Source: Octopus bimaculoides (Eukaryota). Taken from it: a DNA stretch of 52,070 nt. The stretch is from contig NC_068987.1 in assembly GCF_001194135.2 (NCBI RefSeq), forward strand, positions 41,720,163 to 41,772,232, in the 5' to 3' direction. The notes beneath the pieces are model-generated. The model saw nothing but the letters and a program-made list of their open reading frames with translations. It did not search any database and was not told where the DNA came from. How positions within the stretch are numbered: the first letter of the stretch is position 1; each line of letters opens with the position of its first letter. A program made the position numbers and the translations under genes. Positions 24,051-37,244 of the stretch are shown here, piece after piece.

Positions 24051-25632
24051 ACTAGGATGGCTTATTAGAGTTTAATTGGCTATTAGCTTAATAGGTCAAT
24101 AGTTTAACAGATCGTTAGTTAACTGGGCTAGAAAATGGCATACTTATGCAGTTGAAAACATGACTGCAAGCTATTCCCCTCTCAGAAAAACAATGCTAAT
24201 AACTGGAAATGAAATTCTAATCTCTTACAGGGTTATCTAGCACACTATCAGCTGTCTATGGTACTAATTCTCAGCCTTGTTATCTTAGGGTTACACAGAG
24301 TCAAGTTCATAAGATGTCAGGCTCTCCAATCCCCTAACCTCACCTCTTGCTAGAACAGCTTGCTTGGTATGCTAAGTACACTATGGGACAGATACTATAG
24401 GCTATGGGACAGATACTACAGGTCTCTGCTGTGGTCAATGGAAATATGTAATAAATGAATCTTTCTCTAATTTAGTTGAAAATGCAATAGGGCCCATATT
24501 AAAAAGTAGTCTACATACAGTGGCTCTATTTAGTCCCCACTGTGACCAAGTGGACTCAATATGAATGAATAAATTTTTATAAAAGCCAACATACATATAT
24601 CTTTCTTTCAGTGCTCCGTACACACTTCTACATTCTTTTTCCATCTATTTCATATTCAGATACAATTAACAAAGATTCTAGAGAGACCCGGCATGAATGA
24701 GTTTATTCTTGGGAGAAGAGACTCATGGTTACTTGCATTTTACATAGGTGTATGTTGGGTTGGGGTGAGGCTGGAGTGCTGCCTGAAAGAGAGATAAATA
24801 CAATGGTGACAGAACATGCTCTGATGATAATATATCCAAGAAGACGAATGGAAGAGAGGGTGGACACAAAAGAATCAGGGAGAGTAGATAAGGTTGTAAA
24901 AATATGGGAAGAGAGTAAGAGGCAGATATAGACATAAGAGTGGAGGTGGTCATTTATATATGGGAGATGAATATAGCGAAACATGAACAGGTGTGGGGTG
25001 AGAAATATGAATGATGGGGTTGGACAATTATTAGAATGCAGATGGATGCCAACTGGATATAGCTCAGAGAAAAGGAAGTGGTGACTGGCAGTACAGAAAT
25101 GGTAATATGGTATGGTATATAGTAATAGGTTCTGCTTTCATTTCTTCCAGCAGCAGAATAATACAGCAGATAGGAAAGTAGTGGAGAAATGTGTGATAGG
25201 GTGTTAAGAGGTGGGGGAGGGGCAACATTAAGAATAGGGACTGGATATCAATAGGAAGTGGCTCAAGGAAGGGACCTAGTTCTCTGGGTAACACACATAA
25301 TTGGTCTCGTTGGATCATTGCTGTTAATTAGAACCATATTTACTTTAGCAAATCATCTAAATGGACTACAAGTCATGTATTTCAATGTATGTGCTTTTCC
25401 TGCATTCTGTAATTCAATCTAACATTTCTCATCTCCCAAAGATAAGTAAGATACTCTGAGGACATTGTTAGCCTCAGATTGGCCACTTTGCAAAGACGAA
25501 ATGTATCTCTTATAATACCATGAAACTGAGACCAAGCACCAGCTTTTGTCGGCATAGTTATCCAATACATAGGTGAATTAAACAACTGAAACAATATATG
25601 TGGATGCATCAGGTGTGGAGCTTGCAACTTAC

Positions 25633-25760
25633 CTTGTCTAGACAACCATAAATATCACAGTACTTCAGTAACAACTTCATGTCAGCAACACCTTCAGCAG
25701 CAGGTTTTTGTGCCATCAATACACTATCATTGTTTAATCGGTCAACAAGTTCCATTTTGC
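25633..25760 (-). CDS. HARS: HARS exon (GKMELVDRLNNDSVLMAQKPAAEGVADMKLLLKYCDIYGCLDK)
   Basis: Phase-1 start matches the preceding exon. EGxxDxKLL..DK pattern. cttgcAG acceptor, GTAAGT donor, 128 bp. Confidence 0.92.
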
Positions 25761-25990
25761 CTGCAAGTCAAATAGCTATATAAAAATAAGTTCCATTTTG
25801 CCTGCAAGTGAAACAGTTCTATAAAAAAAAATGAAGGATTTCAAATTTAACTGAGGAGAGGTGTCAGGGACTCAAACAGATAAACACCAGAAAGGTACAA
25901 ATCTTGTGAATATTGGTGAAGAGTTTACTAAAGAAGGTGGAAGGCAGTAGAAATATATATATATAGAGGGGGAGGAGAGAGAGAGAGAGG

Positions 25991-26027
<37 letters not shown>

Positions 26028-26652
26028 AGGGAGGGTAAAGAAAAAGGTAAGTGGGATGTTATTTTTGTTTGGTTACAGAGCAAATCTGAACCAGAAGACC
26101 TGTGATCAAAGGTGTTTCTACTATCAACCTCCTATCTTCTTTTCAAGCATAGTTTATTTAGAACTACATTACCTGATATGTCAGCCTTTCTTTAAATAGC
26201 AGAATATAATTTAGGGAAGATTTGGCTGTTAAATCTAGCAGGTGAAGGATCTTTTGTTGCCTCAAGTGATTAAATCATAGAAATGGTGAGAAAGAAAGAA
26301 AAGTGAGAGGTGGAAGAGAATGGAAAAAAAGGTTAAAAGAGACAGAATGAGTGGAAGAGAAAATTGGAATAAAAGAAAATGAAGTGGAAGGAAAGACTGG
26401 TAAAAAAAAGATCAGAGGGTGGGGTGGGGCGAAGATGAAGTAAGAAATTGTTTTATGTAAAAAGCAAGGAAATAGCAGCAAAAGGAAACAAAAATATTGA
26501 AGTGAACAACATAAGAGAGAAAAAAAAGTAGGAACAAGAGAAAAAGGTAGACAAAGAAGAGAACTAAGAGAACAGAGGGAGGGGTTTAGGATAAAGAAAC
26601 TGAAAGAGACATAAAGAGAAAAGAAAAAATGGTGAGATACTATAAAAGTTAC

Positions 26653-26746
26653 CTTTCAATTTAACATATTCCCATATTCTATCAGCTGTCTCTGGGGCAA
26701 GGCCTTTTTCATCTGTCATTTCTTTACGAACATCACACCAATCCAT
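26653..26746 (-). CDS. HARS: HARS exon (MDWCDVRKEMTDEKGLAPETADRIWEYVKLKG)
   Basis: EKGLAPExADRI motif. ttctaAG acceptor, G|GTAACT donor, 94 bp. Confidence 0.95.
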
Positions 26747-26926
26747 CTTAGAAAATGTTAAGAAAATGTATAAATATATTGTAAGATTTCATTATTATAA
26801 TCATATGAGGCACAAAGTCTATGAATTAAGATGTTGGATAACTGACTACAAGATCATATGTTCAGATTTTACTACATAAGTCACTGTGGATTTAATATAA
26901 TGTGATGAACCAATGTAAGTGCAATA

Positions 26927-27413
26927 CAATAATCCCTTGACTATCAAGGGTGTTATGTTCCAAAACCTTCAGCAGTAGGTGAAAATCTGTGAAGTAGAAA
27001 CAGTGCTGTACTGTATATATTCTTTATCATTTTTATAATTTGTATATATTTATTATATTATAAATGCAAAACAATACCACACACTCACCTCCCGAGTTTC
27101 ATTTTCCATACAGTATGTGCAATTCTTTGTTTACTCATCTACAGTACACTATGTATTTTCTTTTAATATATTTTCATTAATGTGTTATACAATACAGTAC
27201 TGTAATCTATTTTTATTTATTAATTTTGGGGCATGAAAATGCTTATTTTACCACAGAAATAATTAAAATCTAAAAAAATATAGATACCTATCGGCTGCAG
27301 AAACCCACTATATATTGAGGAGTCTATGATATAAATTTACATATATTAGCCAGAAAAATCCATGATGCACTGAGTGTGCAGTAAGTGCACCACGATACGG
27401 TGAGGGATTACTG
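26927..27413. mobile_element. pogo/Tigger-type MITE with TA target duplication
   Basis: TA|caataatcccttga ... tgagggattactg|TA terminal inverted repeats; no ORF. Confidence 0.75.
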
Positions 27414-28541
27414 TATACCTTAACTCATGACCTTGTGATCATTGGTTACAATATGGTGTTTTGACCCTCTGAGTAAGCCACCTAACTTTGAATGGAAGTA
27501 ACTAGTTATCAGTAAATAGCAATTCGCAAGCATAGAAAACCATGACGGATGTAAAATATTCTTGTTGCTGCTGCAACTAATGATAAATTTATATCTGTGA
27601 AAAAGCATATGTCTAGAAATAAACTTGCTTTGCATGTCTTTGTATATCTATAATTTCATGTAAGCATCATCATTTTACAGGCATCTTGGCACCATTATTA
27701 GAGAGGTCATTGTATTTTAAGCAACACCAAAATGTCATTTCTGCTCTATCTCCATTCACCAACCACTTTACAATGTGCTGGCTATGTTTTATTGCAGCAC
27801 CAGCATGAGGCGGGGTTGTCTTGTCCTCAGCAACAGCAACACTGACTATCATACTGGGTCTAGGGGTCACCAACTGACAGGGAACACCAAAACACAAGTA
27901 ACAAGGTGAGCAAAGACATCAGGACTACTTTTCACTTAGTATATAGGACAAATATTTTATGCACACACACAATTTGTGTTTTTTACAATCTACTACTTGA
28001 GCTACAAAGAAGTCAATAAATAGTACAATGTTTTATTTAGAGAGACACCATCAATATTGTTTTAATGTCTACTTTCCCAAGCTTGTATGGGTCAGATGGA
28101 ACTTGGGGCAGATATACTTAGGTTTATTTTTATTTCATAGGTAAGCACACAGGTGAGAAAGTTGAACTACTTAGTTAATGTTTTCATAGTCTAGCATTAA
28201 AAAAAAAAACTTTAACTTTATTTCTACCTAACAACAACTTAACAACAACCAAAGGAAGATTTGGTGAGGAGTCAACAGACATTATCACCATGGATATGGT
28301 AGAAGTGAACCATATGTAGTGGCTTCTGGCAACATGATAACGTTAATAAAATAGACGAGATGAAGAGATTTGAGACATATTCTAAGATAGTTGTTGTTGC
28401 TGCTAAACATCAGGTAATCTCATCAAACAATGAATAAATCATTCCAGATTCAACCATTTCACCTTTTTATTCAGGAACAGTCAGGATTACATTATCTTTT
28501 TTAAGAAGGAAGGGTGTGATTTGAGGGAGACTTGTTGTTTA

Positions 28542-28770
28542 GACATTCCTGATTGAGTAGGCATGATCTAAGGTCATTCCTGATTGAATAGACTTATGAT
28601 CAAAATTCATTCCTGATTGAGCAGACTTATGATTAAAGGTCATTCTTGGTTGAACAGACTTAACATTAAAGGCCATTCTTGATTGAGCAGACGTATTAAA
28701 GGTCATTCTTCATTGAACAGACTTATCATTTAAGGTCAATCTTGACAGAGTAGACATATGAGTAAAGGTG
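28542..28770. repeat. ~31-bp degenerate minisatellite (~7 units)
   Basis: Recurrent ggtcattc(c/t)tgattgag/acagacttatgattaaa. Confidence 0.8.
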
Positions 28771-28919
28771 CTGAAGCAATTATCATCCTGTCTTTATTTA
28801 AGGTAGAGTATCCAAGTTCACATTATTCTGGATACATCTAAGTCTTTCTCTTTTTAGGATAGTGAGGTGTGATTTGCAGGAGTTTTAGTTACAGACAGGA
28901 GACTATTTAGCTGAAAGTA

Positions 28920-29080
28920 GAGGCAAGTGAAGTTTGAGACAATGTAGATAGGTGAGGTGTGAGACTGTGTAGGTAGGTGAGGTGTGAGGCAATGCAGATA
29001 GGTGAGATGTGTAGGTGAGGCTTGAGACTGTAGATAGGTTAGGTGTGAGACTGTACATAGGTGAGTTGTAAGACAATTTA
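28920..29080. repeat. ~22-bp degenerate minisatellite
   Basis: Recurrent agataggtgaggtgtgagactgt. Confidence 0.7.
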
Positions 29081-29144
29081 GATGGAATGATTGAAATCTA
29101 AAAATATATTCTTGAAACATAATGAATCACCAACATTGACTTGC

Positions 29145-29243
29145 CTTATCAAGTTTGTCAACAGCAGAGCAAATTGGTCGGAAATCTTTCTCTGGGACAC
29201 CACATGCTGCAAATATGCCATCTAAGAGTTTGCGGTGATTCAC
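29145..29243 (-). CDS. HARS: HARS exon ([33 protein letters not shown]), ending at a GC donor
   Basis: Matches the HisRS VNxRxxLDG..ICSxVDKLDK segment. ttcccAG acceptor. The frame of the next exon requires the donor AAG|GCAAGT. 99 bp. Confidence 0.94.
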
Positions 29244-29598
29244 CTGGGAAATGAAAAATAATCAGATAAATAAAATATGTAGGCACAAATCTAAAATACA
29301 TAGCTATGTAGGTACATATATTGTATACACCAGAGTAAGCACATAAATGTGAAACAAGGTGGAAAATATAGTACTTGAATACCAGAGGTAGAGTAATATG
29401 CTTTATTAATGAAGTATATCGTATATATGTCTATAATAAATATAAAGCACAAGTATAAAATACATAGTTATGTATGTACGTGTATTGTATATGTGTGTAT
29501 AATAGAGTATATAAACATAGCTATGTATGTATGAATATTGTATATGTGTATGATAAAATATTTGTGCACAAGTATTAAATATGTAGCTTTGTCTGCAT

Positions 29599-29635
<37 letters not shown>

Positions 29636-29664
29636 TATGTATGTATACACACATATATATATAT

Positions 29665-29750
29665 TTAGAGGGACATGGCTTAGAGGTTAGGGTGTTGGAC
29701 TCATTTTCATAAGATTTATCCACTGTTTTCAATCTGGGTTTTGTCCCTGT
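29665..29750 (+). mobile_element. Degenerate tRNA-derived SINE head
   Basis: A-box-like catggcttagaggttagggtg followed by an eroded B-box-like segment. Confidence 0.4.
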
Positions 29751-29759
29751 TAACAGGGG

Positions 29760-32700
29760 TGGTCAGATATACTTCAATGCCACAGTAACCACTCTCACAC
29801 CATCTCGCCTGGTTTTGGGCATCCTCCCTTCTCAAGACAACCCTCCCAATCTCCTCCTTCACCTGTCCCTTCCATGTTTTCCTCAGTCTACCTCACTCTC
29901 GTGGTCCATTTACCTCAAATTCAAACACCCTCCTCAACACATGCCCATACCACTGCACTCCATTTACCCTTGCCAACTGTTCCACCAATTCCTCCAGCCC
30001 CGGCATCCCCATCAAATCTTCAGTCCTCCTCTTTACTTGACATATTTCTCTCACCATTGCTCTCTCGGTCCTTCTCAAAATTGCCATCTCTCTCCCTCAG
30101 ACATCATGTCTCATTCCCATACAGCATTGCAGCTCTCATGTAACTCCTATAGATCCTTCCTTTCATCTTCAATGAGAACCTTTTCTCATATTACAACGCT
30201 CCACATTCCCTGAACTTCACTCAGCCAAGTCTCGCTCTTGCTGTCACAGCTGCTTCACATCCACTCTATCTACCAAATAACAAAACCTCATCGTTTCCAC
30301 CTCATCACATAACATTTCCACTGGTTCCACCAGCCCTCCAGCTCCTTTCTCACATCTTCCACCAACAAATTCTCTTGCCAGTCTTGGGAGTTACCTTCTT
30401 CATTTTCATACATCTACCACGAATCCATTTCTCACATCTCATACACAACACCACATTTGCCATTAGCCTCCTCCCACATACACCACATAGATCCACCTTA
30501 CTCACTAACACTTCTCCTTCCACACCGCTCACCATCACCTTTGTCTTCTCGAGGTTTATCTTCAAACCCTTGCTTTCAAATGCCTCCTTCCATTTCCAAA
30601 ACTTCTCCTTCAATCCCTCTATTGTATCACTCCTTAGAATAAGGTCATCCACATACAGAATCTCCATTATCAATTCCTCTCTTGCACTTTTCGTCACCAC
30701 ATCAACCACTATTGCAATCAACAACAGTGACAACACAGATCCTTGATGCACACTAACTTTCACCGCAAACTCCTCCAACAGCTCTGATCCAATTCTAACT
30801 CGTCTTTACCCCCTTATACAAACTTATTACTGCCCTCACTATTATCTCTAGTACACCACTCTTCCTCAATGCTCACTCAATCACCTTCCTTGGAACCCTA
30901 TCAAATGCCTCCTCCAGATCAATGAAGCACATGTACAACTCCTTCTCCTTATCTCGGTATTTCTCTTGCAATCTTCTTACAATGAACACTGCATTTATTG
31001 TTTCCCTTCTTGGTATAAAACCAAATTACATCTCGTCCACATCCACCCCTTTCTGAATTCTCTCCAAAACCTTTTCCACTATCTTCATTGCATGCTCCAA
31101 TAACTTCACTCCCTATACATCCCACAACTCATCACATCCCCCTTCCCCTTGAAGATCAGTACCACCACACTTAGTGCCCAATCATCTGGTAATCCTCTTC
31201 CATCCAGCACGCCCTGGCAGAGCTCCATCATCACAGCAATCCCTATCTCCTTACTTCTGATGGACCAGCTGCCTTTCCTGTTTTCATTTCCTTCATTGCC
31301 TCCACTACTTCTTCCCAACTAACCCTCTCCACTGGCCCCTTCACCACAGCAACTTCCACTCTCTGATTCCATTCATTCTCCTCATTCATAATTCCTTCCA
31401 AACTCTTCCCCTGTCCTTCTCACTAAAATTCAACCTTCCATCACTCCCCCTCATGTTTCTTCCTCCCTCAAAATCTCTTCCGTCTTTTTTCATTGATTTA
31501 ATAAACCTAAACACTCTATCTGGGTTCTCATCCAGCCCACTTAACCCCTCCTCAGCCTCCTTCCTCATAGATCTCACAACCACCCTCTTTGCACAATTTT
31601 TCATGTTATTATACCTGACTTTCATTTGCTCAGTCCTAAAGCTTTGTGTGCCTCCTTCTTCCTCACTATCATGTACCCCACCTCCTTGTTCCAACACCAC
31701 ATATCTCCTCGATCTCTCTTACCTTTTGTCCTTCCACACACTTTGTCACATGCCTTTAGTACCCCTTCTTTAAAAGACTTCCACAAATCTGGTGCATCAA
31801 TGCTTACCAACTCCCCAACTCTCACCTCAAAATTTGCTCTTGTTTCTTCTTCCTTCAGTATCCACACCTTTCTCCTCTCAACCGTTCCCTTTCTCATACA
31901 CTTTTTAACTTTCTTCTTATCCAAGTCAGAAACCATCAACCTGTGCTGCAACTCCCCTGGTATTCACATCTCTCAGATATTTTCTGCTTTTTCTGCCAAC
32001 CAACACGAAATCAATTTCTGTCTCATTTCCTCCTGCACTGTAAGTTACCTTCATTTTCTCTGTTTTCCTAAACCACATGTTTGCCACACACAACTCCAAC
32101 AGCATCCTTCCTTCCACATTTCTCTCCCCAATCCTGTTTCCTCCATACACACTCTCAAAGCCCTGGATCCATTTCCCAACATGTCCATTAAAATCACCCA
32201 TGCCCAAAACCAATTCATCAAAGAACTGCTCTTTCTTGGCGATCCCTCTTCCACTTTGCTGACCATACCCACAAATCACCCTCACCACTTCTTCCTCAAA
32301 TGCTAACACTCCTGTCATCACTCTGTCACTCTTTCTCCTGACCTCCACCACCTTCTCACAGATTTCTTCCTTCACCAAAACCCCCACACCTCCAGTCCCC
32401 TTGCTATTTCCTGACCACCACAACTTGTACCTTCTTCCCTTGACCCCCACAAATCTTTCACCCTGGCCCCTCCACCTAGCCTTCTGTGCACATCACACAT
32501 CCACCCTCCTCTTCCTCAATTCCTCACACACCTCAGTTCCCCTTCCATGCCAACTGCCCACTACCTCAGGCTTCTCCTCAGGCCAGCAGCCATCATAAGG
32601 CAAGTCATGCTTGCACAACCCAGCATGAAGGTTTGCACCTTCCTTTTTGAGGTAGGCAGGTGCAGCCCACCCCAACCTTTGGGCTGGCTGGTGCTCATTC

Positions 32701-32870
32701 TCCTTTGCTATCATGAGGCTTTCTCAGAGCTGAATTTTCTAGGGAGAGCATGCCCTTGCTTACCCCCAACCTCAGTTTCTAGACATGAGTGGTCCTGAGA
32801 CCAAGGCCTCTACCACAATTTTTAAGAAATGTGGTGGAAAACTAGCTTGGGAAGGCAGAGACACTGATCC
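29760..32870 (-). mobile_element. Near full-length RTE LINE, second family (APE plus RT, many disablements)
   Basis: APE (VDVC..GRRYKLWWSGN..GDFNGHVG..ETEIDFVL), RT (SVHQGSVLS..ILYVDDL), C-terminus QWYGHVLRR. Confidence 0.92.
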
Positions 32871-33410
32871 NNNNNNNNNNNNNNNNNNNNNNNNNNNNNN
32901 NNNNNNNNNNNNNNNNNNNNNNNNNNNNNNNNNNNNNNNNNNNNNNNNNNNNNNNNNNNNNNNNNNNNNNNNNNNNNNNNNNNNNNNNNNNNNNNNNNNN
33001 NNNNNNNNNNNNNNNNNNNNNNNNNNNNNNNNNNNNNNNNNNNNNNNNNNNNNNNNNNNNNNNNNNNNNNNNNNNNNNNNNNNNNNNNNNNNNNNNNNNN
33101 NNNNNNNNNNNNNNNNNNNNNNNNNNNNNNNNNNNNNNNNNNNNNNNNNNNNNNNNNNNNNNNNNNNNNNNNNNNNNNNNNNNNNNNNNNNNNNNNNNNN
33201 NNNNNNNNNNNNNNNNNNNNNNNNNNNNNNNNNNNNNNNNNNNNNNNNNNNNNNNNNNNNNNNNNNNNNNNNNNNNNNNNNNNNNNNNNNNNNNNNNNNN
33301 NNNNNNNNNNNNNNNNNNNNNNNNNNNNNNNNNNNNNNNNNNNNNNNNNNNNNNNNNNNNNNNNNNNNNNNNNNNNNNNNNNNNNNNNNNNNNNNNNNNN
33401 NNNNNNNNNN

Positions 33411-36400
33411 TTTACAGCTGGGTGCTTTTATGTGGCACCTGCACTAACAAGGTCACCAAGTACTTGGTGACAAGAGAAAAAAAATCTTTTGAGAGGGCAG
33501 GAGGTAATCTTGTGTCAGATGATGAAAGCTTATAGTGAGACAGAAACAGGTGTGCTGCCACAATGGAAATACTTGGTTACCCAACCTGAGGGAAGTGCAG
33601 GAGAAGGAGAGAGAGAGTGGGAGACATTAGGATAGAGACAGTGGCAAAGTGCTGGGCATACTCATGAGAGACGGGGATCAGAATATAAATGGGATGGTTG
33701 AGTAAAGGAAGAGAGAGATACAGATGGTGGCAAGTGCCAGGGCATATCCTTGAAGTTCAAACGCCATAATATAAAAGACAGGATATTGCGAAGGAAGTGT
33801 GATTAAAGAGTCCGGAGGGGGGGGGTGACTGGCAAAAACCTGGGTATATATAGAGTCAGGGGGCTACCGGATAGCAATGATACAGAGGAACAGGACTGTG
33901 AGGACATGATTGAAGAGTGAGGACTAGGCATAGTGTATAAAGGTGGAATTGTGAAGAAGGGAAGAGATGTAGATTGGTTTGTTGGGGTAGGGTGTAGTTT
34001 ACTTGTTACATGTGGGTGGAACACACAGGTTGGGGGCTATAGCAGACAGCAACGATACAGTGAGACAGGGCAAGTGAGTGGAACACACAGGTCAGAAGCT
34101 AGCGGAGTGCAATGATATAGTGGCACAGGGCCAAGAAGACAGGATTGGAGAGTGGGAGGTAAGCATAGTGCATGAAGTGGAAATATGAGGAAGAGTAGAG
34201 ATGTAGAGACGTAGTTTGGTTTGTTGTGGTAGAGTGTATGAGAAGTTTTCTTGTTAAGTGTGGGTGGGAGACACAGCGCTTCTAGAATTCAGTTTCACTG
34301 ATGTGGGCGGGTTTTTTTCAATAACTTTATATTGTCAGACATCTCAGTCCATTGTCATTTCCTCTGTGAGGCCCAACATCCTGAGATTAGTCCTTACCAC
34401 TTCATCCCATGTCTTCCTGGTTCTCCCTCTTCCGTGGGTACCATGTACTTTCAGTGCTCAGCACTTCTTTGTACAGCTGTCCTCATTCATATGCATCACA
34501 TGTTCAAACCATGTTGATTCCTCTTATGCGCACTGATGTTGTGCACATAATGGAGATTACTACCTTCATTTCTCTCCACTCTACACATATCTTCTGCATT
34601 CAGACCTCATGTCTCACTACTATGGAGTATAGCATCATATAATCTACCTTTCACTCTGAGAGTGAGTTCTTTTGTTGCCAACACAGGTAATAGCTCTCTG
34701 AACTTCCCCCCACCCAATTCTTATTCTAGAAACAATACTTTCAGAACACCCTCCACCATTACTAATTTGGTCACCTAGCTAACAGAAACTATCTACAACC
34801 TCAAGAGAGTCTCCTGGGCATTTGAGAGAATCTAAGTCTTGTGTACTCTTAGTGCTTATTGTTCCTGCCCATCTGTCACATACAAAGACAACTTTATCTG
34901 TTAATCTACCTGTGATTCCATTGCACCTCTTATGGGTGAAGCGAATGGACTTTCTTCCAACTCCTTTCCTACATATTAAGCAGGGCCATTTACCTGATGG
35001 AAAGAGAGTGTTATCTTCTTTCTTACTAACAACAACTTTGTTCTTTGCTAGGTTAACATTAAGGCCCTTTCATTCCAGGTTTAGTTTCCTTAGCTGGAAT
35101 TTCTTCTCCAATTCTGCTAAAGATTCTGCAATAAGAGCAAAGTCATTAGTATATAACAGTTCCCATGGACACCCAGTTTTGAATTCCTCTGTTATGGCCT
35201 GGAGGACCATAATGAATAAGAGTGGGCTGAGAAGTGAGCCCTGGTGAACCCCTACCTGTATGCTAAATTCATCACTGCATTCATGGTCAACTCTCACCTT
35301 ACTGACAGCACCACTGTACATGGCTTAACAAGCCACTCCTCTACTCCTAACTTCCTTAGAGACCACCATATAACACAGTGGGAAACTCTGTTGAAAGCTC
35401 CTCCAGGTTGACGAAGGCTAAGTACAATGGTTTACTTTTGGCCAAGTACTTTTCCTGCAGCTGTCTCACTAGGAAGATGGCATCTGTGGTACTCTTCCAA
35501 ACTGCATCTCATCTAGTTTAATTCTATTTNNNNNNNNNNACTCTTCCAAACTGCATCTCATCTAGTTTAATTCTATTTCTAATCAATTGAGCTATAACCC
35601 TCTCAGTAACTTTCATGACTTGGTCTAGCAATTTAATGTTTCTATCTAAGGCACCACCTTTACCTTCATAGCAGCTAACTATAATACTACTACACCAGTC
35701 ACTGGGGATGGTGCCTTCCTGAATAACCTGATTAACTATGTGGGTGACTAAGCTGTACAACATCAGAAATTTTAATTATCTCAGCAGTGATTCCTGATGG
35801 CCCAGGGACTTTCCCTGTCTTCATGTCCTTAATTGCCTTACCTATTATGCTGTTATCAACTCTGATGGCTGGTCCCTCAATTGGTTCAATATTTGATAGA
35901 CTTTTCTTCTCCCATTCATTTTCCACATTTAGTAACCTTTCATAGTGATACTTCCATGCATCTTCTCTGAGTCACTAAGTGCAAGCATACCATTATCCAT
36001 TCACACACATTTCTCACCTACCACATCTCAGAATTTTCTGTGATACACTGCTTTACAATCCTGAACACCTCACACCACTGATCCTCACATTTGCAAATCT
36101 CTTATCTTCAGCTATATATATGCTGTATGCCTAACTGCCCTTTTGGCTACCTTATATAACTCTTTGCTTCCACCATTTTTCCAGTCTTTTCATGCCTGTC
36201 TTTTTGCTCCATCACCATGTCACCCTTGGTCTAGCTGGGACTCTGCACCAACCACAGATTTTGTTTGTAGCCCTCAGTCCCACAAGAACTTCCAATTGTC
36301 CTCTAACCTAATTGTCCCCAACTCTTCCTCTCTTTCATCAGAAGCTTCAATTTGTAAATCTCTAAATTTTTGTCTGTTTGCTGGGTCTTTGAGCTTCCAT

Positions 36401-37200
36401 AATCTTTTCCAGATTGGTTTATTTCCCTGAGTCTTTCCAGCTCTAATTCTGAAGTCACTAACTAGTAACCTATGCTGGGTTGTACACTCTTCACTTGGGA
36501 AAGACTTCGCATTTTTAAGCATCTGTCTATCTTGTTGCCTGGTGAGGAGGTAGTTAATCTGGCTTATGTGCTCACCAGATTGATAAGTGATTAGGTGGAT
36601 GGCTGGTTTTTTGAAGTTAGTGTTGCAGATCATGAGATCATTTGCATCACAGAACTCCAGCAGACTTGTTCCCTCCTCATTTCTAGATCAAAAACCATAG
36701 CCCCCATCCACTCACTGGAATCCATGGGGATGCTGTTCAACATGTCCAGTGAAGTCACCAGCCATAATAACAAAATCTCTGTCATTTGTTGTTAAGGTGG
36801 TCTGCAAAAGGACCTCATAGAATTGGTCCTTCTGATCATCAGTCAGTCCAGACTGAAGAACATAAATGTAACAGTTAATTTACCTATGATAAATCTCATC
36901 TTAATTACCCTATCACATACTTTGATTACCTCAATTACCTTATCTACCCACTTTTCTACCAACAGTATGCCTACACCACCTACTCCATCCTTCCTGCCAA
37001 CCTAGAAGAATTTGAATCTTAACTAGATTCCCGGGAGGAATCTAGCTGAGTCTCCCCACCATGTTACCTCTTGCACAGCACACACATCAACATGGTTTCA
37101 CTCCAACATTTCAATAATCTTCCCATTCCTTCCTTTCATTGTGCCAACATTGACGGTAGTAGCCCTGAGATCGATTACTTGGTAGTTGTGGAAATTTTGT
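33411..37200 (-). mobile_element. Near full-length RTE LINE, same family as 12797-15065
   Basis: APE start TTVNVGTMKGR..VDVCCVQE at ~37170; ICNTNFKKP..INYLLTR; KVPGPSG; HQGSLLSPLLF..LLYTND; 3' UTR at 33411-34280. Confidence 0.92.
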
Positions 37201-37244
37201 CATCACCTGATACGAAGATCTGCAAAAACACTTGGACGTTGACT

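Noticed and set aside
27670-27897. Alternative or mutually exclusive HARS exon
   Set aside because: No similarity to the neighbouring exons, and the sequence looks like an old repeat with a (CAT)n end.
32600-32870. HDV-like ribozyme in the RTE 5' UTR
   Set aside because: RTE 5' UTRs can carry these, but I could not assemble the nested pseudoknot or the L3 consensus by eye.
35490-35585. Short direct repeat in the LINE
   Set aside because: It brackets a 10-N gap; assembly artefact.
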